The translations under genes were made by a program, and so were the position numbers. A stretch of DNA of 64,000 nt from Vicugna vicugna (Eukaryota): positions 744,001 to 808,000 of the forward strand of contig MU057724.1 of NCBI GenBank assembly GCA_013265495.1. Reading direction: 5' to 3'. Positions 1 through 13,090 of this stretch are shown here, one piece after another. How positions within the stretch are numbered: the first letter of the stretch is position 1; the number at the start of each line of letters is the position of its first letter. The notes beneath the pieces were generated by a model, which worked only from the letters and a program-made list of their open reading frames with translations, ran no database searches and was not told the DNA's origin.

Positions 1-736
1 CTGCTGTTTGCGGGGCTCAGTGTCTCCGGAAGATGCAACCTTGGTTTCTGCGGAAATGGCCTTCCCTCCACCCCTCAGCCCCAGTTTTCTATGGCTTTTC
101 TCTTTAAAGGTCTGAGCAGCTAAACCCAGGAGTCACGGAAACCTTTACCACCTCCATTTTTTGAAACTGTTGAAAATTCTGCCCAAAGACTGTAATTTAA
201 TCCTCGTTCTTAAATAATAGTAATAGCAGCACGTGTGGACGTGGCCGCGCCGGGCGAGCGGGGCCGCCGTGGTTCTCCTGCTGGACGCCTTCTGCGAGGT
301 TCTCTGTCGGGTGTAAGTGACCGGCCGTCGGTAAAGCCACGCCCAGTCTCTGTGGTGTGACGGACGCTACTTCTCCTGGTCCCTCGAGGTGGGCGTTATC
401 AGACGTTATCGGGAAACACTGGGCGATATCTTGCCGTCAGAGAAGAAGAGAGCAGCGCGTCCAGGCCCCTGGGCTCCCACAGCTCCCAGGACTTTGAGGC
501 TCGGGGTGGACAGCACCGTCGGCAGAAGGTGCTGGTGCAGACGGTCTGACGTGCGGGTGACGTCTGGACTGTGGGCGTCCCTGCGGGCATGACTGGCAGA
601 CGTGGTGGGAGGGGCTTCTCTCAGATCCTGAGCGTCCATTGAGCGCCTGCTGTGTGCTCCACATGCTGTGGCCGTGAGGGCTCCATCGCTCAGACCACCA
701 CCACCCAGGACTTCGACCCTGGAGTGCAGACTCAAC

Positions 737-800
737 CATCCATTCAACAGTTATTAAGCACCTACTGTGTACAAGGCAGACACAACTCCGTGCTGGTACA
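737..800 (-). mobile_element. LINE-2 3' tail fragment
   Basis: catccattcaacagttattaagcacctactgtgtacaaggc resembles the reverse L2 tail cattcaacaaatatttattgagcacctactatgtgccaggc. Confidence 0.55.
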
Positions 801-3140
801 CTTAATGTATTTCAGAACTCAGCGCGGTTCTGATTAGTTGGCAAACCTAGGAACTCATCGATTCACTACACGAAAAGTGAGACTTGTCCGACCCTGTCTG
901 TCCCCTGCCGGTACCTCAGTGCCCGCAGTCCTCTGTCGTCCCTGGGCCCCCACTGTTAGGGGAGGCCAGCCTCGCAGGGCTACGTGGTGAGTCCGCCCAC
1001 CTCTTCTACCCGGCGGAGAGGAGGCACGATGCTGAAAAGGGGAGACGGCTCTGGAGGGTCAGCCGTTCGGAGAGGGTGAGGGCAACACCGAGCGAGCGCT
1101 GCTTGTCCTGGGCAATCCTTGCCGAGAGGGAGTGGGGCGGGCGGGCAGGAGTGGGGAGTAGGGGCGAGAGAGCGGCCGTGGGTTTGAAAGGTGGGCTGTG
1201 TCCGTCCATCGCTCGCGGCGAGCGCGGACGGTCTCCCCGCGGCAGGGAGGCTTGTCACCAGCAGTGGCGATGGTCTGATCCCCCGGCATCTTCTTCCAAA
1301 TCTCTGCAGGACCCGGCTGACATCATGCTGTGCAGTCAAGATGCTCTAAATTGTGCTCTGCAAACCGTGAGGCGTCTCACGGGCACAGATCAGTAGTTTA
1401 TCCGCTACCAAGTGTGGGGGACTGGCCACTGCTGTCACACGGGAAACGTGCACGCATTTAGGGACCAACGAGAGGTGAGGGGGACAGCGGGCCCCTAGCT
1501 CGCACTTCCGTTTTCATACTGAGATAGGAAACCCCGGGCTGTGGCTCTTTCTTCAGTTGCCCTGGAAATCTGTCCTAGTTTTTCAGAAATAGAATATTCC
1601 ACTTCAGAAATAACACTCAGCCTTCCACTGAAGACAGCATGGATTGATTGCTGTCCCTGCCGCTGAGCTCTGCAGGGCGGTGTGCTCTTGGGGGCGCTTC
1701 TTCTGTTCATCTGGAAAGCCCTTTATGTGAAAAATGCACGCCAGCCCCACGCCCCTTCCATGAGCTGCTGGAACGCCCTGCATTAAAGGCATGCAGGGCG
1801 CTCCGCAGACGCTCAGAGACCCCAGACTGGAGTCCGGGGACTCACCTTTCTTCTGATTTGCAGTTGGAAGCATTTTGGAAGTTGGAAACGTAATTAAAAA
1901 CGACAAGAAACAGGTGATCCCTTCCTAACTTTCCCAAAACGATGCTATTCCAGGAAACGTAGGAGTCCGCTGATTGCAGAGGAACTCTGGCATCGCCCGA
2001 GGTACTGCTTGCAGTTTTGGACTTAGAGTTCCTAACCGTTTGCGAACCTATTGACTGTCTGCTGTTCAGGACGTGCCCTGCTCCTGGGTGACGCTGCCCT
2101 GTGCGTCCAGCAGTGTCTGTCCTCACACGTTCGCCGTGCCCAGTGGTCCAGACCTCCTGTGCTCTTGGAGGCGTCCTTGGAGAGAAGCCGTCAGGCCACC
2201 TGGCACCCCGCCTTCCCCGCCCTCCTGCAGGTAATTACCCTCGTAACGCGGCAAGAAAGGGCCTGAACCAACTGCCAGGCATGTTTGCAGGTCGTGGCTC
2301 CAGCCCTAACACAGGCTCTTAAACGACGCCCTGACACTAGGTTCCCAGACTGGAACGCAGCCAAGTGATTCTTAATTCATATAATTTACACAGCAGTGTG
2401 AATGGCTGACTCCAAGGGCAAAACACAGCAGAGGTCTGAGGGAAACAGTCCACACTGAGTTGCAAAATCAGACGCGATTCCACTTCCTGGGAGACTGGAA
2501 TGATCAGCCTTTGGAAGGGTTTGCCTCCTGTTCCTCTGCTTCAATGAGCGTTTGGAGGGCCTGGGACCAGACGGACGGGTGAGAGCGCCAGAGCTCCGCC
2601 CACCCCCACCGGGCGGCAGGTGCAGATGCGCGCCCTCCTCCAGGGACCACCGGCCGGTGGTGACGGGCTCAGTGGTGCTGCAGTAACCGAATTATTTCAT
2701 AAAGTGTGTTAGTGGAATTGAGCATAAGTCGGCACTGCGTTTTTTAAGGGGTAGTAAGCCATTAGAAGGGGGTTTGCCCGGAGGCGCACTTGTTCACGGA
2801 GCTGATGTGTGCCGCCGGCAGTGTGGTGTGGGACGTCGGGCTGTGGTCACTGACAGGAGGAGGGGGAAGCCAGCCTGTGACCTGGACATGCTCCCAGCCT
2901 GGGCAGGCGTGCCCAGGAGACCAGGAGCTTGTCACGTTCACATCCTGCGACTTCTGGTATGCGTTTCCCTCTGCAGTCCAAGGCCTTTCATTTTCCTGGA
3001 AGAGCCTTCCCTTTGCTCATCCCAAGGTTTCCGGGGCCTCTTGTGCGCTGCGTGCCGCCGGGGGGCCAGCTCTCCCTCCTGCCCCGGGCCCTCCCCGCGG
3101 CCGCATCCCAGCACTGCCGCTGCCAGCGCCCGCCTGGACA

Positions 3141-3316
3141 TTGGAAACCGGTTGGAGGTTCCTCAAAAAACCAAAAACAGAACTTCCATGTGACCCAGCA
3201 ACCGCCCTCCTGCGCGTTTATCCAAAGGAAATGAAAACACCGTCTTGCAGAGAGGCCTGCACCCCGTGTTCCTTGCAGCATTCGTCACGATGGCCGAAGT
3301 GTGGGAACCACCTAAA
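3141..3316 (+). mobile_element. LINE-1 (L1M) fragment, ORF2 3' end region
   Basis: ggaggttcctcaaaaaaccaaaaacagaacttccatgtgacccagcaac...tatccaaaggaaatgaaa matches a hallmark L1 segment. Confidence 0.8.
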
Positions 3317-3690
3317 TAAATACTTTCTAAGGTGAAATGGAGAGGTTGTAAATGTACCATTTACACAGACGTTGCTTTATGAGCTACAGGGTGAGCTCCC
3401 TGGGGACCGGCTCCCCGCGGGGTCGCAGGTGGAACGTGGGCTCCTCCCCACTTCACGTGGCTTTCCCAGCTTCCCAGACACATCCTGAGAAGGAAATTAA
3501 GACGGAGTCCGAGCTTCGGTGGCTGCTCAGCTGTTTTGATGTCTGTCAACAGCCTGCCCCTTTGCACCTCGTCACAGGGAGTGCCGGCCAGCTCTGCGGT
3601 GGTTTTGCTCTGGGAGGAGAATTGCCCCCATTGAGAAGCAGGAGTGGAGGCTGGTGTGGGACGTGCAACCTTGCGTTTTCGAGAGGCGCC

Positions 3691-4063
3691 TGCTTTGGCT
3701 TGAGTTGTGCCCCCAGAAATTCCTGCACTGCCGTCCTCATTGCCAGGACTTCCAACTGTGATGGTATTTGGGGGTGGAGCCCCTGTAGATGTCATCAGTG
3801 GAGGTGAGATGTTCCAGTGTAAGGCGGTGCTTATGAAGGAGACCTTCGGACACGGATGTCCACACGGGGGAGGCCACGTGACAGCAAGGTCTCCTACACA
3901 CCAGGGACGCCAAGGACACCAGCAAAGCCCCGGAAGGCGGGTTTGTCCCTGTGCCCTTGGAGGAACCAGCCCCCGACATCTTCCCTGTGAACTGAGGGTA
4001 CATTTCCATTGTTTGAGCCGCCCGTCCGTGTACCTGCCGCCGCAGCCCTTGGGCTCTAACACA
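3691..4063 (+). mobile_element. MLT1-type MaLR solo LTR
   Basis: Starts tgctttggcttgagttgtgcccccagaaattc (MLT1 tgttatgggctgaattgtgtccccccaaaattc); internal gtatttgg, gaaccagccc; ends ttgtttgagccgcccgtccgtg...ctaacaca. Confidence 0.7.
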
Positions 4064-4399
4064 GCATCCAAGGGAAGGTGGCAAGTAGGCTCCGAAGTCT
4101 GGGCTCTGGGGCAGCAGGCCGGGCTGGAGGTAAAGGTGTGGGGGCCATGGGTGTTCAGGTGGCACCTGGAGCCACGAGACCAGAGGACGTCACAGGAGCG
4201 AACGGAGCCGGCGGGGCAGCCGGAGACGCGGCCGTGCTCCCCGGTGGCACGAGGGGTGGGCGTGTCTTCCCCTAGGTGACCCGGAACCTGGAGCGTGTCT
4301 GGCACGGGGGCCTCTGGTGACCACTGTCAAGTAGTGAGTGGCTGTCACCCGTGAGCTCTGCCGCCGGGGGGCAACTGTCCTCGTTTGTTCCTGGCTGTT

Positions 4400-5930
4400 T
4401 CGTGCAGCACGTGCACTTACAGGTGTCGCCTTCAAGCAGGTGTTTTAGGGTCTGCAAGGTAGCTGCCTACTCGCGTGTTCCTGGAAGCCTGTTCGAGCTC
4501 TCTTCCTGTTTCGCTGTCTCCTGGAGTGTCTCCCGTCCGTGCATCTGGATCTCCACCCTCCACAGCTGCGAGATGCTCCATCTTCTGGATGTAACACAAT
4601 GCAATAAACATTCCCTCTCCGAGAACAGTCAGGTGTTCTCCAGTCTCGTAGCTACAGCGGGTGTTTCCACCCTGACACGCTCCCTCCCCCGCGGTACAGA
4701 CGCATCCGCAGAATGAACCTGCAAGCGGGGTCTCGGGCTCAGCGGGTCTGCGCGTTGTGATGGGGGCTGGTGTCTCTGCCCCGCAGGCGGTGGGCGACAT
4801 GCATTCTCGCCAACGCCTGGGCGCCCGGCCCAAGCCGCGTCCCGTCGGGCCTTTGACCTTTGTTGTCAGCTGGGAGGTGAAAGGCTGAATTTCCGTGCAG
4901 CTTTCCTTTGCACCCAGTCTCACAGGGAACTGAGCACTTTTTCGCGTGTTTAGGAACTGCTTGACTGTCATCTTTTGTCAGCTGTTATGTCTTTGGCTTA
5001 TTTTCCATGAGTTTATGGAATCTCTACGTGTTAGGAAATCGGCCTTTTCTCTGTGGATCAAGTATTTTTTTTTCCAGCCTGCCCTCTGCCTTTGCCTCTC
5101 ACTTACGATGTTTCGACATGAGTGCTTCATTTTTACGTAATGAAGCGTGTTAGTCCTGTGCACGGCTTCTGAGTGTGTCTCATAGCTACCGCCGCCTTTG
5201 CTCCTCTGATGTGGGAAAACAGTTCTCTCCATGTTCCTCACAGTCCTTTTCCATCTTCGCTCGTGGCCGACGTGGCTGATTCATTTCGTGTCCTTGGTGT
5301 GAATCCTGCATTTTCTCCCCCAGATGACAACTCGTTCGTCGTAACGGCAGTCACTGAGTGACCGTTATTCTTCCCCTACAGCGTGAAGTGATTCCGTCAT
5401 GTAACACGACATTCGCAGGTGTGCTGGGGTCTGCACCAGGAGTTCTGACTCTGCCCCGTTGCTCTGCCTGGTCGCTGTTGCCTGAGGCCCACGCTATCTA
5501 ATTGTCACGGCTTTGTTCCTTGATTATTTTCTGGAAGCATCAGCGCCCACTTTTTTCCTTTTTCCCCAGAATTTTTCTTGTTTCTTTGGTTTTTGAGGGG
5601 ATTCACCCAATTTCAAAGTTGTCCCACCAGATTTTCAATGGGAGCATGTTACGTTTTAGACTTACTTAGGATGGAGAGCGTCTTGGAAACAGTCGTCTTA
5701 ATCACACGTGTGCTACAAGCGCTTCCGTGGGTTTGTTTCAGCCCCGAGGAGGCAGCTGCGACCTCCGCGTTCGCGCGCTCCGCCGTCTCCTGACCCACGA
5801 GCGTGAGGCTTCCCCCGGGCTAGCCGTGGTTTCTCGCGGGTTTCTGCGTGCAGGGGCCCCGACAGGTCACGGGGTGGTTTATAGTCACGTTAAAGTGAGA
5901 ACTTCCGTGTTGTGACTGAGATTCATACCT
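4400..5930 (-). mobile_element. Old LINE-1 (L1ME-like) 3' ORF2/3'UTR fragment, heavily diverged
   Basis: Colinear recall matches, e.g. gggctcagcgggtctgcgcgtt ~ gggtcaaagggtatgcgcatt, gagcactttttcgcgtgttta ~ gagcatcttttcatatgttta, acggcttctgagtgtgtctcatag. Boundaries approximate. Confidence 0.6.
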
Positions 5931-6554
5931 GGTGTAGGGGCGTAATCGAGGCGCAGCTTGTCAGCCAGGACCGCGTGCACGGAAGGCTTGCCCTCGGGAC
6001 AACCCATTCAGCTGTCAGTGAGCAGGGATTGCGTGGCAGGGTGAACACGTTTGCACGCCCCGGGGCTCACTGACTTCCCCAAGACGTCTCAGAACAGTGT
6101 GTGTGTTTATGAATGAAAGTCTAACTGTAGTGGACAACGGGGACGCCCCCGAGGACAGTCTCAAGTGTCGTGTTTTATGGTAAAAACCCTGCTTTAGTGG
6201 TTTTCATCACGGTAATGAAGGACAGGGACCTATGTGGAGCGTGGCCTGCCGGGTGCTCCCCCTGGGAAAGACCTAAGGTTTCTTCTAATTAGCCTGACGA
6301 ACTGTTTGCTGTCATTTCAGCCACCTGAGTGTGGCGTTTCCAGGAGCCCTTGGAAAACCGCGGCTCCTTCAGCGCGTCAGTTCCTTCCTCCTGCTGAAAA
6401 AAGGTGCGTCCTGCATTTTAGAGCATTTCCCACACAGTTAACAACGTGCGAGGCTGACTAGCCCGGGACCCGTGTGCCTCCACGAGGCCGAGTGGGCTCC
6501 TGTCTGAGCTACGGACAAGCCCCTGACCGGCCGTCAGGGCTGGTCCTTAGACAC

Positions 6555-6576
6555 GGGGGGCGGGGCAGGGCGGGGG
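6555..6576 (+). other. G-quadruplex-forming motif
   Basis: GGGGG-C-GGGG-CA-GGG-C-GGGGGG. Confidence 0.6.
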
Positions 6577-7870
6577 GCGCCGGCTCACCTGTTTTGGAGG
6601 GACGGGCTGGGAGGAGTTGAGCTCAGCCACAGGAGAGGGGAGAGGAGCCCAGATCTTCATCAGAACAGGCAGACGGAGCAGGGACTCGTATCAGTGGGCA
6701 CAGATTTTGAGGACACGGTGAAAAATCTGAGGTGGATGTGGGAAAACTCACCTGCCACGGATCGCGCCGTCTCCAAGGAAGGGGCACCGAGGTCGTTTCA
6801 GGAGCTCCCCCACGTCGGAAGCGCAGGGGCGCCCCTCGATTCACTCACTGGGTCCTGGTCTCTTTCAGGCCCAGCCTGCTCGGGGCCTGGCGGAGAATGC
6901 GGCCGAGACTGGAGATGTGTCACGGGACATTCGAGAGCAGCTGAAAGAGGGGGAATGGGGACGGCCGCATTTTAAACGCGCCGGAGAAGTGGGTGCGGGG
7001 ATCTCGGTGACGGCTCCATGTCGGCCGCTCTAACCGAGGAGGCAGCCTGCTCGCCCCCAGTCGCTCGTCCTGCACTGAGAAACCCAGCCTGACGCTGCAG
7101 AGAAACAAGCATTTTTAAGTTTGCACGCGCATTCTGCTCTTTGTAACCCTGGGTTTACTCGCTGGTACGTTGCGTACAACCTTTATGTCCGTCCGGGGAT
7201 GAGAGACTGGTCTGGAAACCTCCGTTTCGGTGGTGCGCTCGTCCGGCGTTGGTGTGAGATTCACGCTGGTCTCAGACAGCGAGGTGATTGCTAGTCTCTG
7301 TTTTCTAATCTTTGAGAAGATTTGTGTCTCCTAAAACTGGGAAGAAATGAGCAGTACGTGGACGGTCGCGCAGCCCCCACTGGGGCCCTGCCCGGCTCTG
7401 GGACTGAAGCCCTTTGCTCGCTGCTGGGAGCCTGCTCGGTCTGCAAGGTGGACGCTGTGCCCGCCTGACTTCTGGCGACACTCGTTGTGGACATTGAGTT
7501 CCACCTGCTTTTCCTCACCCATGCGAGCCCGCTGAGCCAAGGAGACACGTCAGGAACATCGTGGGGTCCTCACGCTGCTTCACACAGCTCAGTGGAAGAG
7601 CAGGCGGCCCCAAACCCAAGGGGGCAAATGCATCCTCGGAAGGTGATGAATGGGAGCAAACAGGGACCCGTGGCCGCAGCCAGGCAAGGGCGCGGGCAGC
7701 CCCCCTGCGGGGCAGCGAGCCGGGTCCCGCTGTCCTGCCAGGCACGCGGAGCAGCCCCGCCCCGCCCTCCTATCCACCTCTGTCAGCGAGCACGGTGACC
7801 CTCGGGGACACGTCCAGGGCGGGACGCTGGCAGACGGACGTGAGAATCCTTCCAGCAAGGCTGAGGTTTC

Positions 7871-7980
7871 TGGGGGAGCGAGGAGGGGTAATTAGGTCTA
7901 TTTACTTATTCAGTGGAGGAGGTCCTGGGGGCTGAACCCAGGACCCCGTGCCTGCTAGGCATGCACTGTACCACTGACCC
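7871..7980 (-). mobile_element. Camelid tRNA-derived SINE (Vic-1-like)
   Basis: ggggtaattaggtctatttacttatt...ggtcctgggggctgaacccaggacc...gcatgcactgtaccactga; homologous to the copies at 31758 and 41893. Confidence 0.8.
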
Positions 7981-8812
7981 CGAGTTTTTTTTTTTTTTCT
8001 TGAAAGGACACTTAAGTTACAAAGCGCAGGCACGCAGACGCGCTGCCCATTTCACAGGGCTCCCCTTGGGGAGGCGAAGGTGGCGCTGGGCTGGCCCCCC
8101 GGGTCTGCGCTGAGGGGAGCCCCCCTGGCTGCGGGACCACCATCCTCTTTTGTTGACTTAGCTCTCTTTTCTGTCTTGACTTTGCACTTTCTCAGGGTGT
8201 TTTGGGATCACATCCCAAGTAAACTCCATGCACTTAGATCCCCACCTCGGGCTGCTTCTGGGGGGCCGGCGGCAGGACCCTGCGTCCCCCTCAGGGCAGC
8301 AGGGCCACCGCCACGCTGGGGCTGGGGCTGGGGACGGAGCCCCGTGCTGCCTGCGGGCGGCTCTGCGTCTGGTTCTCTGTGCTCGCGGCACTGGGAGGAA
8401 GGGCGGTGGGCGGGGGCGACAGCTCCCTGTTGGAGGATGTTTAGATTGAGTTCAGACTTGATTTCAGTCTGAGTGCTCCGTCTTTAAACAAAATAGCAGC
8501 TGAGACATTTCCAAATGGATTGTTTTCAGTAACTTGTAAACTCTATTCTACACATGTAGTTTGCAAAGGCGTTTGCTGCCCAGAAAGAGTTCTCTCTGGT
8601 TAACCCTGGAAAAAGCAGCGGGTTCAGCACGTGCAACGTAAGATCCTTGAGATCGAAGCTCCTCAGGCTTCTGGCAGACAGACAGACAGTCAGACAGGCA
8701 GCCATCTCCACCCCCGGCCGTGACTCAGGCCGGTGGGAGTTCTTCCAGAAAGCAAGCCCTGGGGAGAAGACCGAGGGAGTGCGTCAGAACCTCGACCTGC
8801 TCCTTCTGTGTT

Positions 8813-8870
8813 TCATTTATTCACGGAGTGTTTACTGAGCATCAGGTGTGCTAAAGGCATCGGCCCACTC
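8813..8870 (-). mobile_element. LINE-2 3' tail fragment
   Basis: tcatttattcacggagtgtttactgagcatcaggtgtgctaaaggca. Confidence 0.45.
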
Positions 8871-10201
8871 AGTTGTGGGCTAGGCTGTGTGACATAATTT
8901 TGAGGACTCAGCCGGTTTGACTTCAAGTTTGACTCCTCTTGTCTGCTTTGTGTGCTTCCAGCTTACTTCTCATCCACTAGTGGACGGACTTGGAGGAGCT
9001 ATCGGCCTGCATTCGCCTGGGCCAGAGGCGGGGTGGATGGAGGCCCGTCGGGGATCTGAGGGGACATGGGCTGTGAGGAGCGCCCCTCCGCCGTCTGCAT
9101 GCCTGGGGCGCGCCGGGTGCTTTGGGAAGGGAGACGGGCAAGATGATGCACATTTTCGCTGGACCTGGGACGGAGCTGAGAGGCTGAAGACCAGGCTGGG
9201 GAGCTGCCCGCTGACCCGGCGCGAGAAGGTGCTGAGGGCGCGAGGCCAGCTGTGCTGCGGGGACCAGTCGCCGGCCCAGGCCGCCGCTCGGGATGCAGCA
9301 GCTCACCCTCGGACAGGCTGCGCGCCGGGCAGTTCTGCAGGGAGGGGCTCTGCCGCTCGGGCCCCTCAGAGACAGGCTGCTGGGGCCAGCACCGTCCTGA
9401 AAGCGGTCGGCTGGGGGTCACAGGGAGAAAGACCCCTGGAAGGTCCTGCGTTGGCAGCTACGTGTTTGGCTGGGACTTGTGACTCGTAGGGCGGAACAGT
9501 CACATGGTCTCGCCCACCCGAGAGAATGTCCGACGTGCGGGCCCACGGGGAAGGGCCGCAGGCGGTAGGGGCAGCACTGGCGGTGCCCCCTCTGTCTTTC
9601 CCCTCGGGGGCTGCAGGCCTGGCCAGAACACTCGGGCACCTGGTACCATGAGCACACGTGTTACAGAACACACTCTCTCCTCCTGCTCAGGAAAGGTAGT
9701 GTCTGTTGATACGGTGTCTGGCAGCATCCGGGTCATTTATTTGAGGAAGAAGATAAACTTTACCGTATCAACTGGTGTGAGCAAGATACGGAATAATGTG
9801 ACGATTTCATTCCTGCACATTTTTCCTTTTAAAGGCCAATCAGAAAGCCTCACCGTTCTAAGGGAAAGAAGCATGTTGGCTTCCAGTCATCTAACAAATC
9901 ACTTGACTCCTTTTTCGGTGCTGAGCTAGACGACGTGCCAAGACATGGTAATTAACCGAACCGAGAGAGAAAGGGGAGAGAATAGACATTTGTTCTGAGC
10001 GGGTGTTACGCAAACCTGGATGCGCGCTGTCCACCGGGCAGGCGTGATGCGTCTTGTTGGGTTTGGTGCGAGGAGCAAGCTGTGGGTTACCTGGGGAGCG
10101 CTGTCCCCACCCTCGTACAGAGCGCGGCGAGAAGTTTACAGGTTTCCCTCTGTGACAGTGGTAGCCACACAGCTCGACCCGGGAGGGAAGGAAGCCCCAG
10201 T

Positions 10202-10330
10202 NNNNNNNNNNNNNNNNNNNNNNNNNNNNNNNNNNNNNNNNNNNNNNNNNNNNNNNNNNNNNNNNNNNNNNNNNNNNNNNNNNNNNNNNNNNNNNNNNNN
10301 NNNNNNNNNNNNNNNNNNNNNNNNNNNNNN
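10202..10330. other. Assembly gap (129 N)
   Basis: Run of N bases. Confidence 1.
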
Positions 10331-11604
10331 TCTCTAAAGTCCCTGTTCTCTGTTCTCCCCAGGGCGACACTCCTGCCACCCTCATTCTGAAAGGAGGTCG
10401 CGTCACATGATTCTTAAGCGCTGGGCGTACACCTGGGTCCCTGCACTGGGGAACAGGCGGGGGTCTGGGTTTCTTAACCTTCATCGAGAACCGCTGCTGC
10501 AAAGCTGTGTGTCCTCTCCCCCATGGCTGCCCTCTCTGGTTCAGGCTTGCAGAGGAGGCCCAAACTCCACTGTTTGATTCAGTTACATGAGCATCTGGGG
10601 GCATCTGCTCTCGGCCCTGTATTCACCCCTGACGACAGTAAACATTAGAATCCTGGCCCGTAAGGAGCTTGGTGTGTCTCGAGAGAGACTGGACTTATGA
10701 GCAGCTGTTTAAGAGCACTGGGGGCACCTGCACCCCAGGCATCCTGCCCTTTCCTGAGTCCAGGGTGACACCTGGGGGGGCTGCCTGGTCCGGTGACTCC
10801 CGGCAAGACAAAAGCGTGGAGGCTTCTGAGTGTCTGAGGGTCACTGCCAGCCCCGCTGCAGGTATGGCCGGCCTCAAACTGGACGCCTTACCTCCTTGGT
10901 CGCCGGATTCGAGTCTGCATGACGAGCTCCGGAGATTCAGGCTTGTTTCAGTTTCCACGTTCGGCCTGCCCCGAGACGCGCCTGTTCGAGGCGATTGCGT
11001 CCTTTCTGGAAGTGGAGACCAGATATGGCCGGGTCTGGGCTCGCTCAGGGCCCTGCTCTGTTTTGCAGGGAGGCACGTCTGGGCTTTTCCCTCCCAGGAT
11101 GCTTTCCGTGCACACCTGGGCTTCAGGAGTCCCCCGCCCGGGGCGGTGCCCCTGCAGCCCAGCAGCCGTCAGGAGGTGCCCTGTGCTTGGCCGATGAGTC
11201 AGTGGGGCTGACCTGCTTGTGTTCTAAGCGGAACCCTGGCTTTTTGCCACAGCCGACGGTGATGTATTTGTTTCAGGACAGAGTACCTCGCTACTAATGA
11301 CCCTCTCCTGACACATCTCTTAGTGTCTGGCCCGCTGCTGTGAAGGACCCGGCCCTAAGGAGAGCGACAGCGTGCGGGACAAGTCAGATGGACCCAGCGG
11401 ACGGCGGCATCGGGCTCCTCCCGCAAGAAGCCGCCGGCGAAGACATGCATGCAGAGAGAGGCCTACACGGGCCTGGGGCCCCCTTCCGGGCGCTCACGGC
11501 TCAGGAGAGAGCGGCTGGCCTCCCTGGCCGCCCCACCCCCAGCAGCACAGCCTCCCCTGGGCCCTGGACGGCAGGGCAGCTCCCCTCCTGGCATTAACAC
11601 TTCA

Positions 11605-11760
11605 GGGCCTGGACGTGGCGAGCTTCCCCTTCACTCTCTGTGGGACTTGGACATGTTTCAGCCTCATCTACCCCTCTGTGTCCTCATCTGAAAAGTGCAG
11701 AAGGTACAGCCTCCAGCAGCCAGGATGGAAGTCCACGTGAGACCCAGTGAGGCCGTGGGC
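11605..11760 (+). mobile_element. MIR SINE fragment
   Basis: ctctctgtgggacttggacatg...ctctgtgtcctcatctgaaaagtg resembles the MIR core ctgtgtgaccttgggcaag...tcctcatctgtaaaatg. Confidence 0.45.
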
Positions 11761-11841
11761 GCCGCCTCTGCCTTCATTCTGGGGGGCTGCCCGGTGACGG
11801 CTGAGCCTGGGCTGCAGGCACGTTCAGTAGTCGTGTCGCTG

Positions 11842-12161
11842 CAGACGGTCCCCGACTTGAGGTGGTCTGACTTAGGATGCTCTTGACTTGATGATGGTGT
11901 GAAAATGATCCACGGTCAGTGGAAACCAGACGTTGAAGTGTGAATTTTGCCCCTTCCCCGGGCAGCGATGCAGGAGACACGGCTTGTGACGGTGGGCGGC
12001 CACCCCAGTCGCTTCCGAGTGCTCGGAGCCCGGGTCGGGTGGGCTGGGCCGAGCTGCGGTGCTCGGGAGGTCAGGTGTGCTGAAGGCACTTTTGACCCAG
12101 GGTATTTGAAACTTCCGGTGAGTCTGTTGAGATATGAGCTCCTCATAAGGGGAGAATATCG
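11842..12161. mobile_element. Tigger-derived non-autonomous DNA transposon (MER47-like)
   Basis: cagacggtccccgacttgaggtggtctgacttaggatg...gatggtgtgaaaatgat...gtggaaacc matches the recalled end cagatggtccccgacttacgatggttcgacttacga; far end ggagaatatc ~ gaggagcatctg. Confidence 0.6.
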
Positions 12162-13090
12162 TCCGCTTGACAACGGCTTTGTTCAAAGTTCACCCTGCGC
12201 CGTCCATCCAGAGCTAGTCACGGATGACACTGACGTTCAGTGTGCATTTGTATTTTTAAAAAAAACGCTTCGTATGCGAGGATAGCGTGTGCTAATATTA
12301 TTAGATGATTCTGCTTGACTTCTTAGTAGGTTTACAGACTAGACGTACAATACGTGCAGATCTGACATTCTGTCCGTCCGACATGTTAACGGCTGCTCAG
12401 AGGAAACTGGGAGAGACGTGCATACGAGTAATCCAAAGTTTAGTTGCCCTGAAAGATAAGATGTGCTGGTTGGAAGGAATTCTCACTGCACACGGTTAGT
12501 ACTCCCTGGGATGAACGGTGCCAACGTGAAGTTTACCTGGAGGACTGCAGGATAAAGTTAACACGAATACGTCGACACTGCAAGTATTTTTCCCGCTCCG
12601 TTCTCCTCCTGGAGTCCGGGAAGCCCTGCATTCGCTTCTTTATGTATGAGCCATCTTAGCTGCCAAAAGGAATGGAAACTGCAGCACAAAGTGAGACGCG
12701 GAAGGTTTGGGAACAGGGTTTGAAGTGGGGGGTGGCATTCTCCCACCTCCTTACCCCGAGGGAGGGGACAGTGGGAAGCGGGGGCTGGCCGCGGACGGGC
12801 TCCCAGCAAACACGGGGCCTCAGTGAATTCCCAGGGTGGGAGGTGGGTGGGAACGGAGGCAGAACAGCCCACGGCCCCCTCCAAGTGGGCGGAGAGACCG
12901 GGGCTTCAGGTCAGCAGGTGTGGGGGAGGAAAGCACACAGTCTACACCGGAGATCCCCCGGTTCTCGGCAGAGAGAACCCTGCCTCCAGACCACTGTCAC
13001 TGCTCTTGTCCATCTGTGTGTGCATGTCTTGTGTGGATGGTCACCTCGAAGAGAAACAATTCACATAAGAGGATGTGGATTAAGAGGAGC

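Noticed and set aside
2277-2286. p53/p63 half-site AGGCATGTTT
   Set aside because: It is an isolated half-site; neither neighbouring decamer fits.
3361-4305. 314-aa minus-strand ORF and overlapping ORFs
   Set aside because: They overlap an MLT1 LTR, have low-complexity P/G/R/C composition and no recognisable domain. Stop codons are scarce in GC-rich DNA.
6321-6403. Possible 83-nt exon (tttcag ... AAG/gtgcgt)
   Set aside because: Splice-like signals alone are common, and there is no partner exon or coding signal.
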